The notes under the pieces: generated by a model
Database searches by the model: none
What the model saw: only the letters and a program-made list of their open reading frames with translations
Told to the model about the DNA's origin: nothing
Source of the DNA: Eledone cirrhosa
Lineage: Eukaryota
Length of the DNA stretch: 64,000 nt
Direction of reading: 5' to 3'
NCBI GenBank assembly: GCA_964016885.1
Contig: OZ024744.1
Coordinates: 118,234,001 to 118,298,000, forward strand
Translations under genes and position numbers: made by a program
In this document: positions 32,541-47,800 of the stretch, in pieces
How the letters are laid out: every line of letters starts with the position of its first letter
Numbering within the stretch: the first letter of the stretch is position 1

Positions 32541-34569
32541 TGACAGGTACACAGGAGATATAATATCATGTCAGGGTAGGTAGATGTCATATGTGACAGG
32601 TACACAGGAGATATGATATCATGTCAGGGAAGGTACATGTCATATGTGACAGGTATACAGGAGATATATCATGTCAGGGTAGATAGATGTCATATGTGAC
32701 AGGTACACGGGAGATATAATATCATGTCAGGGAAGGTAAATGTTATGTGACAGGTACATAGGAGATATGATATTATGTCAGAGAAGATAGATGTCATATG
32801 TTACAGGTACACAGGAGATATAATATTATGTCAGAGAAGATAGATGTCATATGTGACAGGTACACAGGAGATATGATATCATGTAAGGGAAGGTAGATGT
32901 CATATGTGACAGGTACACAGGAGATATGAGATCATGTCAGGGAAGGCAGATGTCTATGTGACAGGTACACAGCAGATATGAGATCGTGTCAGGGAAGGTA
33001 GGTGTTATATGTGACAGGTACACAGGAGATATGAGATCATGTCAGGGAAGGTAGATGTCATATGTGACAGGTACACAGGAGATATAATATCATGTCAGGG
33101 AAGGTAGATGTCATATGTGACAGGTACACAGGAGCTATAATATCATGTCAGGGAAGGTAGATGTCATATGTGGCTGGTACAGAGGATATATGATACCATG
33201 TCAGGGAAGGTAGATGTCATATGTGACAGGTACACAGGAGATATAATATCAGGTCAGGGAAGGTAGATGTCATATGTGACAGGTACACAGGAGATATATC
33301 ATGTCAGGGTAGGTAGATGTCATATGTGACACAAACACGGGTGATATATCATGCCAGGGAAGGTAGATGTCATATGTGACAGGTACACAGGAGATATATC
33401 ATGCCAGGGAAGGTAGATGTCATATGTGACAGGTACACAGGAGATATATCATGTCAGGGAAGGTAGATGTCATATGTGACAGGTACAGAGGAGATATGAT
33501 ATCATGTCAAGGAAGGGAGATGTTATATGTGACAGGTACACAGGAGACATGATATCGTGTCAGGGAAGGTAGATGTCACATGTGACAGGTACACAGGAGA
33601 TATGATATCATGTCAGGGAAGGTAGATGTCATATGTGACAGGTACACAGGAGATATAATATCATGTCAGGGAAGGTAGATGTCATATGTGACAGGTACAC
33701 AGGAGATATGAGATGATGTCAGTGAAGGTAGATGTCATATGTGACAGGTACACAGGAGATATGATATCATGTCAGGGTAGGTAGATGTCATATGTGACAG
33801 GTACACAGGAGATATGATATCATGTAAGGGTAGGTAGATGTCATATGTGACAGGTACACAGGAGATATGAGATGATGTCAGGGAAGGTAGATGTCATATG
33901 TGACAGGTACACAGGAGATATGATATCATGTCAGGGTAGGTAGATGTCATATGTGACAGGTACACAGGAGATATGATATCATGCCAGGGTAGGTAGATGT
34001 CATATGTGACAGGTACACAGGAGATATGAGATGATGTCAGGGTAGGTAGATGTCATATGTGACAGGTACACAGGAGATATATCATGTCAGGGTAGGTAGA
34101 TATCATATGTGATAGGTACACAGGAGATATATCATGTCAGGGTAGGTAGATGTCATATGTGACAGGTACACAGGAGATATGATATGTCAGGGTAGGTAGA
34201 TGTCATATGAGACAGGTACACAGGAGATATGAGATGATGTCAGGGAAAGTAGATGTCATATGTGACAGCTATACAGGAGATACGATATCATGACAGGGAA
34301 GGTAAATGTCATATGTGACAGGTACACAGGAGATATGAGATGATGTCAGGGAATGTAGATGTCATATATGACAGGTACACAGGAGATATATCATGTCAGG
34401 GAAGGTAGATGTCATATGTGACAGGTACATAGGAGATATGAGATGATGTCAGGGAAGGTAGATGTCATATGTGACAGGTACACAGGAGATATGATATGAT
34501 GTCAGGGAAGGTAGATCTCATATGTGACAGGTACACAGGAGATATAATATGTCAGGGAAGGTAGATGTC

Positions 34570-37500
34570 ATATGTGACAGGTACACAGGAGATATAATAT
34601 CATGTCAGGGTAGGTAGATGTCATATGTGACAGGTACACAGAAGATATGATATCATGTCAGGGAAGGTAGATGTCATATGTGACAGGTACACAGGAGATA
34701 TAATATCATGTCAGGGAAGGTAGATGTCATATGTGACAGGTACACAGGAGATATAATAACATGTCAGGGAAGGTAGATGTCATATGTGACAGGTACACAG
34801 GAGATATATCATGTCAGGGTAGGTAGATGTCATATGTGACAGGTACACAGGAGATATGATATCATGTCAGGGAAGGTAGATGTCATAAGTGACAGGTATA
34901 CAGGAGATATGAGATTATGTCAGGGAAGGTATATGTCATATGTGACAGGTACACAGGAGATATAATATCATGTCAGGGAAGGTAGATGTCATATTTGGCA
35001 GGTACACAGGATATATGATATCATGTCAGGGAAGGTAGATGTCATATGTGACAGGTACACAGGAGATATAATATCAGGTCAGGGAAGGTAGATGTCATAT
35101 GTGACAGGTACACAGGAGATATATCATGTCAGGGTAGGTAGATGTCATATGTGACAGGTACACGGGAGATATATCATGCCAGGGAAGGTAGATGTCATAT
35201 GTGACAGGTACACAGGAGATATATCATGCCAGGGAAGGTAGATGTCATATGTGACAGGTACACAGGAGATATATCATGTCAGGGAAGGTAGATGTCATAT
35301 GTGACAGGTACAGAGGAGATATGATATCATGTCAAGGAAGGGAGATGTTATATGTGACAGGTACACAGGAGACATGATATCGTGTCAGGGAAGGTAGATG
35401 TCACATGTGACAGGTACACAGGAGATATGATATCATGTCAGGGAAGGTAGATGTCATATGTGACAGGTACACTGGAGATATAATATCATGTCAGGGAAGG
35501 TAGATGTCATATGTGACAGGTACAGAGGAGATATGAGATGATGTCAGGGAAGGTAGATGTCATATGTGACAGGTACACAGGAGATATGATATCATGTCAG
35601 GGTAGGTAGATGTCATATGTGACAGGTACACAGGAGATATGAGATGATGTCAGGGTAGGTATATGTCATATGTGACAGGTACACAGGAGATATGAGATGA
35701 TGTCAGGGAAGGTAGATGTCATATGTGACAGGTACACAGGAGATATGATATCATGTCAGGGTAGGTAGATGTCATATGTGACAGGTACACAGGAGATATG
35801 ATATCATGTAAGGGTAGGTAGATGTCATATGTGACAGGTACACAGGAGATATGAGATGATGTCAGGGAAGGTAGATGTCATATGTGACAGGTACACAGGA
35901 GATATGATATCATGTCAGGGTAGGTAGATGTCATATGTGACAGGTACACAGGAGATATGATATCATGTCAGGGTAGGTAGATGTCATATGTGACAGGTAC
36001 ACAGGAGATAAGATATCATGTCAGGGAAGGTAGATGTCATATGTGATAGGTACACAGGAGATATATCATGTCAGGGTAGCTAGATGTCATATGTGACAGG
36101 TACACAGGTGATATATGTCAGGGTAGGTAGATGTCATATGAGACAGGTACACAGGAGATATGAGATGATGTCAGGGAAAGTAGATGTCATATGTGACAGC
36201 TATACAGGAGATACGATATCATGACAGGAAAGGTAAATGTCATATGTGACAGGTACACAGGAGATATGAGATGATGTCAGGGAATGTAGATGTCATATAT
36301 GACAGGTACACAGGAGATATATCATGTCAGGGAAGGTAGATGTCATATGTGACAGGTACATAGGAGATATGAGATGATGTCAGGGAAGGTAGATGTCATA
36401 TGTGACAGGTACACAGGAGATATGATATCATGTCAGGGTAGGTAGATGTCATATGTGACAGGTACACAGGAGATATGATATGATGTCAGGGAAGGTAGAT
36501 CTCATATGTGACAGGTACACAGGAGATATATCATGTCAGGGAAGGTAGATGTCATATGTGACAGGTACACAGGAGATATGATATGATGTCAGGGAAGGTA
36601 GATCTCATATGTGACAGGTACACAGGAGATATGATATCATGTCAGGGAAGGAAGATGTCATCTGTGACAGGTACACAGGAGATATGATATCATGTCAGGG
36701 AAGGTAGATGTCATATGTGACAGGTACACAGGAGATATAATATCATGTCAGGGAAGGTAGATGTCATATGTGACAGGTACACAGGAGATATGATATCATG
36801 TCAGAGTAGGTAGATGTCATATGTGACAGGTACACAGGAGATATGAGATCATGTCAGGGTAGGTAGATGTCATATGTGACAGGTACACAGAAGATATATT
36901 ATGTCTGGGAATGTAGATGTCATATGTGACAGGTACACAGGAGATATGATATGTCAGGGTAGGTAGATGTCATATGTGACAGCTACACAGGAGATATGAT
37001 ATCATGACAGGGAAGGTAGATGTCATATGTGACAGGTACACAGGAGATAAGAGATCATGCCAGGGAAGGGAGATGTCATATGTGACAGGTACAGAGAAGA
37101 AATGAGATGATGTCAGGGAAGGTAGATGTCATATGTGACAGGTACATAGGAGATATGAGATCATGTGAGGGAAGGTAGATATCATATCTCCTGTGTACCT
37201 GTCACATATGACATCTACCTACTCTGACATGATATATCATATCTCCTGTGTACCTGTCACATATGACATCATGTCAGGGTAGGTAGATGTCATATGTGAC
37301 AGGTACACAGGAGATATAACATCATGTCAGGGTAGGTAGATGTCATATGTGACAGGTACACAGAAGATATGATATCATGTCAGGGAAGGTAGATGTCATA
37401 TGTGACAGGTACACAGGAGATATAATATCATGTCAGGGAAGGTAGATGTCATATGTGACAGGTACACAGGAGATATAATAACATGTCAGGGAAGGTAGAT

Positions 37501-39480
37501 GTCATATGTGACAGGTACACAGGAGATATATCATGTCAGGGTAGGTAGATGTCATATGTGACAGGTACACAGGAGATATGATATGTCAGGGAAGGTAGAT
37601 GTCATAAGTGACAGGTACACAGGAGATATGAGATTATGTCAGGGAAGGTATATGTCATATGTGACAGGTACACAGGAGATATAATATCATGTCAGGGAAG
37701 GTAGATGTCATATTTGGCAGGTACACAGGATATATGATATCATGTCAGGGAAGGTAGATGTCATATGTGACAGGTACACAGGAGATATAATATCAGGTCA
37801 GGGAAGGTAGATGTCATATGTGACAGGTACACAGGAGATATATCATGTCAGGGTAGGTAGATGTCATATGTGACAGGTACACGGGAGATATATCATGCCA
37901 GGGAAGGTAGATGTCATATGTGACAGGTACACAGGAGATATATCATGCCAGGGAAGGTAGATGTCATATGTGACAGGTACACAGGAGATATATCATGTCA
38001 GGGAAGGTAGATGTCATATGTGACAGGTACAGAGGAGATATGATATCATGTCAAGGAAGGGAGATGTTATATGTGACAGGTACACAGGAGACATGATATC
38101 GTGTCAGGGAAGGTAGATGTCACATGTGACAGGTACACAGGAGATATGATATCATGTCAGGGAAGGTAGATGTCATATGTGACAGGTACACTGGAGATAT
38201 AATATCATGTCAGGGAAGGTAGATGTCATATGTGACAGGTACAGAGGAGATATGAGATGATGTCAGGGAAGGTAGATGTCATATGTGACAGGTACACAGG
38301 AGATATGATATCATGTCAGGGTAGGTAGATGTCATATGTGACAGGTACACAGGAGATATGAGATGATGTCAGGGTAGGTATATGTCATATGTGACAGGTA
38401 CACAGGAGATATGAGATGATGTCAGGGAAGGTAGATGTCATATGTGACAGGTACACAGGAGATATGATATCATGTCAGGGTAGGTAGATGTCATATGTGA
38501 CAGGTACACAGGAGATATGATATCATGTAAGGGTAGGTAGATGTCATATGTGACAGGTACACAGGAGATATGAGATGATGTCAGGGAAGGTAGATGTCAT
38601 ATGTGACAGGTACACAGGAGATATATCATGTCAGAGAAGGTAGATGTCATATGTGACAGGTACATAGGAGATATGAGATGATGTCAAGGAAGGTAGATGT
38701 CATATGTGACAGGTACACAGGAGATATGATATCATGTCAGGGTAGGTAGATGTCATATGTGACAGGTACACAGGAGATATGATATGATGTCAGGGAAGGT
38801 AGATCTCATATGTGACAGGTACACAGGAGATATATCATGTCAGGGAAGGTAGATGTCATATGTGACAGGTACACAGGAGATATGATATGATGTCAGGGAA
38901 GGTAGATCTCATATGTGACAGGTACACAGGAGATATGATATCATGTCAGGCAAGGAAGATGTCATCTGTGACAGGTACACAGGAGATATGATATCATGTC
39001 AGGGAAGGTAGATGTCATATGTGACAGGTACACAGGAGATATAATATCATGTCAGGGAAGGTAGATGTCATATGTGACAGGTACACAGGAGATATGATAT
39101 CATGTCAGAGTAGGTAGATGTCATATGTGACAGGTACACAGGAGATATGAGATCATGTCAGGGTAGGTAGATGTCATATGTGACAGGTACACAGAAGATA
39201 TATTATGTCTGGGAATGTAGATGTCATATGTGACAGGTACACAGGAGATATGATATGTCAGGGTAGGTAGATGTCATATGTGACAGCTACACAGGAGATA
39301 TGATATCATGACAGGGAAGGTAGATGTCATATGTGACAGGTACACAGGAGATAAGAGATCATGCCAGGGAAGGGAGATGTCATATGTGACAGGTACAGAG
39401 AAGAAATGAGATGATGTCAGGGAAGGTAGATGTCATATAAGACAGGTACACAGGAGATATATCATGTCAGGAAAGGTAGA
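34570..39480 (+). repeat. Duplication with about 2.7 kb offset within the satellite (boundaries approximate)
   Basis: TGTCATAAGTGAC at 34881/37600 and the T of CACTGGAG at 35473/38192, both offset 2719 bp. Confidence 0.8.
37178..37270 (-). repeat. Class II reverse-oriented satellite insert (93 bp)
   Basis: Starts GATATCATATCTCCTGTGTACC and ends ATATGACATC; preceded by the rare CATGTGAGGG variant. Confidence 0.96.
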
Positions 39481-39531
39481 TGTCATATGTGACAGGTACA
39501 TAGGAGATATGAGATCATGTGAGGGAAGGTA

Positions 39532-39569
39532 GATATCATATCTCCTGTGTACCTGTCACATATGACATC
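39532..39569 (-). repeat. Class II reverse-oriented satellite insert (38 bp)
   Basis: GATATCATATCTCCTGTGTACCTGTCACATATGACATC, with the same junctions and upstream CATGTGAGGG as 37178. Confidence 0.96.
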
Positions 39570-42500
39570 ATGTCAGGGTAGGTAGATGTCATATGTGACA
39601 GGTACACAGGAGATATGATATGATGTCAGGGAACGTAGATGTCATATGACAGGTACACAGGAGATATGATATGATGTCAGGGAAGGTAGATGTCATATGT
39701 GACAGGTACACAGGAGATATATCATGTCAGGGTAGGTAGATGTCATATGTGACAGGTACACAGGAGATATGATATCATGTCAGGGAAGGTAGATGTCATA
39801 TGTGACAGGTATACAGGAGATATATCATGTCAGAGTAGGTAGATGTCATATGTGACAGGTACACAGGAGATATTTGATGTCAGGGAAGGTAGATGTCATA
39901 TGTGACAGGTACACAGGAGATATAATATCATGTCAGGGAAGGTAGATGTCATATGTGACAGGTGTACAGGATATATAATATCATGTCAGGGAAGGTAGAT
40001 GTCATATGTGACAGGTACACAGGAGATATATCATGTCAGGGTAGGTAGATGTCACATGTGACAGGTACACAGGAGATATAATTGGGTCATGTCAGGGTAG
40101 GTAGATGTCATATGTGACAGGTACACAGGAGATATAATGAGATCATGTCAGGGAAGGTAGATGTCATATGTAAAAGGTACACACGAGATATATCATGTCA
40201 GGGAAGGTAGAAGTTATACGTGACAGGTACACAGTAGATATGATATTGTGTCAGGGAAGGTAGATGTCATGTGTGACAGGTACACAGGAGATATATGTCA
40301 GGGTAGGTAGATGTCATATGTGACAGGTACACAGGAGATATATCATGTCAGTGAAGGTAGAAGTTATACGTGACAGGTACACAGTAGATATGATATGTCA
40401 GGGTAGGTAGATGTCACATGTGACAGCTACACAGGAGATATGATATCATGACAGGAAAGGTAGATGTCACATGTGACAGGTACATAGGAGATATGAGATC
40501 ATGTCAGGGAAGGTAGATGTCATATGTGACAGGTACACAGGAGATATGATATCATGTCAGGCTAGGTAGATGTCATATGTGACAGGTACACAGGAGATAT
40601 GATATGATGTCAGGGAAGGTAGATGTCATATGTGACAGGTACACAGGAGATATATGATGTCAGGGAAGGTAGATGTCATCTGTGACAGGTACACAGGAGA
40701 TATATCATGTCAGGGAAGGTAGATGTCATATGTGACAGGTACACAGGAGATATAATATCATGTCAGGGAAGGTAGATGTCATATGTGACAGGTACACAGG
40801 AGATATAATATCATGTCAGGGAAGGTAGATGTCATATGTGACAGGTACACAGGAGATATGAGATCATGTCAGGGTAGTTAGATGTCATATGTGACAGGTA
40901 CACAGGAGATATATCATGTCAGGGAAGGTAGATGTTATATGTGACAGGTACACAGGAGATATATCATGTCAGGGAAGGTAGATGTCATATGTGACAAGTA
41001 CACAGCAGATATGAGTGTGTCAGGGAAGGTAGATGTCATATGTGACAGGTACACAGGAGATATATCATGTCAGGGAAGGTAGATGTCATATGTGACAGGT
41101 ACAGAGGAGATATGATATCATATCAAGGAAGGGAGATGTTATATGTGACAGGTACACAGGAGACATGATATCGTGTCAGGGAAGGTAGATGTCACATGTG
41201 ACAGGTACACAGGAGATATGATATCATGTCAGGGAAGGTAGATGTCATATGTGACAGGTACACAGGAGATATGAGATGATGTCAGGGAAGGTAGATGTCA
41301 TATGTGACAGGTACACAGGAGATATGATATCATGTCAGGGTAGGTAGATATCATATGTGACAGGTACACAGGAGATATGAGATGATGTCAGGGTGGGTAT
41401 ATGTCATATGTGACAGGTACACAGGAGATATGAGATGATGTCAGGGAAGGTAGATGTCATATGTGACAGGTACTCAGGAGATATGATATCATGTCAGGGT
41501 AGGTAGATGTCATATGTGACAGGTACACAGGAGATATAATATCATGTCAGGGAAGGTAGATGTCATATGTGACAGGTACACAGGAGATATGATATCATGT
41601 CAGAGTAGGTAGATGTCATATGTGACAGGTACACAGAAGATATATTATGTCAGGGAATGTAGATGTCATATGTGACAGGTACACAGGAGATATGATATGT
41701 CAGGGTAGGTAGATGTCATATGTGACAGGTACACGGGAGATATGAGATGTTGTAAGGGAAAGTAGATGTCATATGTGACAGCTACACAGGAGATATGATA
41801 TCATGACAGGGAAGGTAGATGTCATATGTGACAGGTACAGAGAAGAAATGAGATGATGTCAGGGAAGGTAGATGTCATATATGACAGGTACACAGGAGAT
41901 ATATCATGTCAGGAAAGGTAGATGTCATATGTGACAGGTACATAGGAGATATGAGATCATGTCAGGGTAGGTAGATGTCATATGTGACAGGTACACAGGA
42001 GATATGAAATCATGTCAGAGTAGGTAGATGTCATATGTGACAGGTACACAGGAGATATTTGATGTCAGGGAAGGTAGATGTCACATGTGACAGGTACACA
42101 GGAGATATATCATGTCAGGGAAGGTAGATGTCATACGTGACAGGTACACAGGAGATATGAGATGATGTCAGGGAAGGTAGATGTCATATGTGACAGGTAC
42201 ACAGGAGATATGAGATTACGTCAGGGAAGGTAGATGTCATATGTGACAGGTACACAGGAGATATGATATCATGTCAGGGTAGGTAGATGTCATATGTGAC
42301 AGGTACACAGGAGATATGAGATGATGTCAGGGAAGGTAGATGTCATATGTGACAGGTACACAGGAGATATGATATCATGTCAGGGTAGGTAGATGTCATA
42401 TGTGACAGGTACACAGGAGATATGATATCATGTAAGAGTAGGTAGATGTCATATGTGACAGGTACACAGGAGATATGAGATCATGTCAGGGAAGGTAGAT

Positions 42501-43430
42501 GTCATATGTGACAGGTACACAGGAGATATGAGATCATGTCAGGGAAGGTAGATGTCATATGTGACAGGTACACAGGAGATATGATATCATGTCAGGGTAG
42601 GTAGATGTCATATGTGACAGGTACACAGGAGATATATCATGTCAGGGTAGGTAGATGTCATATGTGATAGGTACACAGGAGATATATCATGTCAGGGTAG
42701 GTAGATGTCATATGTGACAGGTACACAGGAGATATGATATGTCAGGGTAAGTAGATGTCATATGAGACAGGTACACAGGAGATATGAGATGATGTCAGGG
42801 AATGTAGATGTCATATATGACAGGTACACAGGAGATATATCATGTCATGGAAGGTAGATGTCATATGTGACAGGTACATAGGAGATATGAGATGATGTCA
42901 GGGAAGGTAGATCTCATATGTGACAGGTACACAGGAGATATGATATCATGTCAGGGAAGGAAGATGTCATCTGTGACAGGTACACAGGAGATATGATATC
43001 ATGTCAGGGAAGGTAGGTGTCATATGTGACAGGTACACAGGAGATATAATATCATGTCAGGGAAGGTAGATGTCATATGTGACAGGTACACAGGAGATAT
43101 GATATCATGTCAGGGTAGGTAGATGTCATATGTGACAGGTACACAGAAGATATATTATGTCAGGGAATGTAGATGTCATATGTGATAGGTACACAGGAGA
43201 TATGATATGTCAGGGTAGGTAGATGTCATATGTGACAGCTACACAGGAGATATGATATCATGACAGGGAAGGTAGATGTCATATGTGACAGGTACAGAGA
43301 AGAAATGAGATGATGTCAGGGAAGGTAGATGTCATATAAGACAGGTACACAGGAGATATATCATATCAGGAAAGGTAGATCTCATATGTGACAGGTACAT
43401 AGGAGATATGAGATCATGTGAGGGAAGGTA

Positions 43431-43523
43431 GATATCATATCTCCTGTGTACCTGTCACATATGACATCTACCTACCCTGACATGATATATCATATCTCCT
43501 GTGTACCTGTCACATATGACATC
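43431..43523 (-). repeat. Class II reverse-oriented satellite insert (93 bp)
   Basis: Near-identical to 37178-37270, same upstream CATGTGAGGG. Confidence 0.96.
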
Positions 43524-44899
43524 ATGTCAGGGTAGGTAGATGTCATATGTGACAGGTACACAGGAGATATGATATGATGTCAGGGAAGGTAGATGTCATA
43601 TGTGACAGGTACACAGGAGATATGATATGATGTCAGGGAAGGTAGATGTCATATGTGACAGGTACACAGGAGATATATCATGTCAGGGTAGGTAGATGTC
43701 ATATGTGACAGGTACACAGGAGATATGATATCATGTCAGGGAAGGTAGATGTCATATGTGACAGGTAGACAGGAGATATATCATGTCAGGGTAGGTAGAT
43801 GTCATATGTGACAGGTACACAGGAAATATGAAATCATGTCAGAGTAGGTAGATGTCATATGTGACAGGTACACAGGAGATATAATATCATGTCAAGGAAG
43901 GTAGATGTCATATGTGACAGGTGTACAGGATATATAATATCATGTCAGGGAAGGTAGATGTCATATGTGACAGGTACACAGGAGATATATCATGTCAGGG
44001 TAGGTAGATGTCACATGTGACAGGTACACAGGAGATATAATTGGGTCATGTCAGGGTAGGTAGATGTCATATGTGACAAGTACACAGGAGATATAATGAG
44101 ATCATGTCAGGGAAGGTAGATGTCATATGTGACAGGTACACAGTAGATATGATATTGTGTCAGGGAAGGTAGATGTCACATGTGACAGGTACATAGGAGA
44201 TATGAGATCATGTCAGGGAAGGTAGATGTCATATGTGACAGGTACACAGGAGATATGATATCATGTCAGGCTAGGTAGATGTCATATGTGACAGGTACAC
44301 AGGAGATATGATATGATATCAGGGAAGGTAGATGTCATATGTGACAGGTACACAGGAGATATATGATGTCAGGGAAGGTAGATGTCATCTGTGACAGGTA
44401 CACAGGAGATATATCATGTCAGGGAAGGTAGATGTCATATGTGACAGGTACACAGGAGATATAATATCATGTCAGGGAAGGTAGATGTCATATGTGACAG
44501 GTACACAGGAGATATAATATCATGTCAGGGAAGGTAGATGTCATATGTGACAGGTACACAGGAGATATGAGATCATGTCAGGGTAGTTAGATGTCATATG
44601 TGACAGGTACACAGGAGATATATCATGCCAGGGAAGGTAGATGTTATATGTGACAGGTACACAGGAGATATATCATGTCAGGGAAGGTAGATGTCATATG
44701 TGACAAGTACACAGCAGATATGAGATTGTGTCAGGGAAGGTAGATGTCATATGTGACAGGTACAGAGGAGATGATATCATGTCAAGGAAGGGAGATGTTA
44801 TATGTGACAGGTACACAGGAGACATGATATCGTGTCAGGGAAGGTAGATGTCACATGTGACAGGTACACAGGAGATATGATATCATGTCAGGGAAGGTA

Positions 44900-47800
44900 G
44901 ATGTCATATGTGACAGGTACACAGGAGATATGAGATGATGTCAGGGAAGGTAGATGTCATATGTGACAGGTACACAGGAGATATGATATCATGTCAGGGT
45001 AGGTAGATATCATATGTGACAGGTACACAGGAGATATGAGATGATGTCAGGGTGGGTATATGTCATATGTGACAGGTACACAGGAGATATGAGATGATGT
45101 CAGGGAAGGTAGATGTCATATGTGACAGGTACACAGGAGATATGATATCATGTCAGGGTAGGTAGATGTCATATGTGACAGGTACACAGGAGATATAATA
45201 TCATGTCAGGGAAGGTAGATGTCATATGTGACAGGTACACAGGAGATGATATCATGTCAGAGTAGGTAGATGTCATATGTGACAGGTACACAGGAGATAT
45301 GAGATCATGTCAGGGTAGGTAGATGTCATATGTGACAGGTACACAGAAGATATATTATGTCAGGGAATGTAGATGTCATATGTGACAGGTACACAGGAGA
45401 TATGATATGTCAGGGTAGGTAGATGTCATATGTGACAGGTACACGGGAGATATGAGATGATGTAAGGGAAAGTAGATGTCATATGTGACAGCTACACAGG
45501 AGATATGATATCATGACAGGGAAGGTAGATGTCATATGTGACAGGTACAGAGAAGAAATGAGATGATGTCAGGGAAGGTAGATGTCATATATGACAGGTA
45601 CACAGGAGATATATCATGTCAGGAAAGGTAGATGTCATATGTGACAGGTACATAGGAGATATGAGATCATGTCAGGGAAGGTAGATGTCATATGTGACAG
45701 GTACACAGGAGATATGATATCATGTCAGGGTAGGTAGATGTCATATGTGACAGGTACACAGGAGATATGATATGATGTCAGGGAAGGTAGATGTCATATG
45801 TGACAGGTACACAGGAGATATATCATGTCAGGGTAGGTAGATGTCATATGTGACAGGTACACAGGAGATATGAAATCATGTCAGAGTAGGTAGATGTCAT
45901 ATGTGACAGGTACACAGGAGATATTTGATGTCAGGGAAGGTAGATGCCACATGTGACAGGTACACAGGAGATATATCATGTCAGGGAAGGTAGATGTCAT
46001 ATGTGACAGGTACACAGGAGATATGAGATGATGTCAGGGAAGGTAGATGTCATATGTGACAGGTACACAGGAGATATGAGATTACGTCAGGGAAGGTAGA
46101 TGTCATATGTGACAGGTACACAGGAGATATGATATCATGTCAGGGTAGGTAGATGTCATATGTGACAGGTACACAGGAGATATGAGATGATGTCAGGGAA
46201 GGTAGATGTCATATGTGACAGGTAAACAGGAGATATATGATGTCAGGGAAGGTAGATGTCATCTGTGACAGGTACACAGGAGATATATCATGTTAGGGAA
46301 GGTAGATGTCATATGTGACAAGTACACAGCAGATATGAGATTGTGTCAGGGAAGGTAGATGTCATATGTGACAGGTACAGGGGAGATATGATATCATGTC
46401 AAGGAAGGGAGATGTTATATGTGACAGGTACACAGGAGACATGATATCGTGTCAGGGAAGGTAGATGTCACATGTGACAGGTACACAGGAGATATGATAT
46501 CATGTCAGGGAAGGTAGATGTCATATGTGACAGGTACACAGGAGATATGAGATGATGTCAGGGAAGGTAGATGTCATATGTGACAGGTACACAGGAGATA
46601 TGATATCATGTCAGGGTAGGTAGATATCATATGTGACAGGTACACAGGAGATATGAGATGATGTCAGGGTGGGTATATGTCATATGTGACAGGTACAGAG
46701 AAGAAATGAGATGATGTCAGGGAAGGTAGATGTCATATGTGACAGGTACACAGGAGATATGATATCATGTCAGGGTAGGTAGATGTCATATGTGACAGGT
46801 ACACAGGAGATATAATATCATGTCAGGGAAGGTAGATGTCATATGTGACAGGTACACAGGAGATATGATATCATGTCAGAGTAGGTAGATGTCATATGTG
46901 ACAGGTACACAGGAGATATGAGATCATGTCAGGGTAGGTAGATGTCATATGTGACAGGTACACAGAAGATATATTATGTCAGGGAATGTAGATGTCATAT
47001 GTGACAGGTACACAGGAGATATGATATGTCAGGGTAGGTAGATGTCATATGTGACAGGTACACGGGAGATATGAGATGATGTAAGGGAAAGTAGATGTCA
47101 TATGTGACAGCTACACAGGAGATATGATATCATGACAGGGAAGGTAGATGTCATATGTGACAGGTACAGAGAAGAAATGAGATGATGTCAGGGAAGGTAG
47201 ATGTCATATATGACAGTTACACAGGAGATATATCATGTCAGGAAAGGTAGATGTCATATGTGACAGGTACATAGGAGATATGAGATCATGTCAGGGAAGG
47301 TAGATGTCATATGTGACAGGTACACAGGAGATATGATATCATGTCAGGGTAGGTAGATGTCATATGTGACAGGTACACAGGAGATATGATATGATGTCAG
47401 GGAAGGTAGATGTCATATGTGACAGGTACACAGGAGATATATCATGTCAGGGTAGGTAGATGTCATATGTGACAGGTACACAGGAGATATGAAATCATGT
47501 CAGAGTAGGTAGATGTCATATGTGACAGGTACACAGGAGATATTTGATGTCAGGGAAGGTAGATGTCACATGTGACAGGTACACAGGAGATATATCATGT
47601 CAGGGAAGGTAGATGTCATACGTGACAGGTACACAGGAGATATGAGATGATGTCAGGGAAGGTAGATGTCATATGTGACAGGTACACAGGAGATATGAGA
47701 TTACGTCAGGGAAGGTAGATGTCATATGTGACAGGTACACAGGAGATATGATATCATGTCAGGGTAGGTAGATGTCATATGTGACAGGTACACAGGAGAT

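Noticed and set aside
1920-43523. Programmed invertible switch or shufflon
   Set aside because: No recombinase is present, class I inserts are duplications rather than conservative inversions, and each class traces to one ancestral event.
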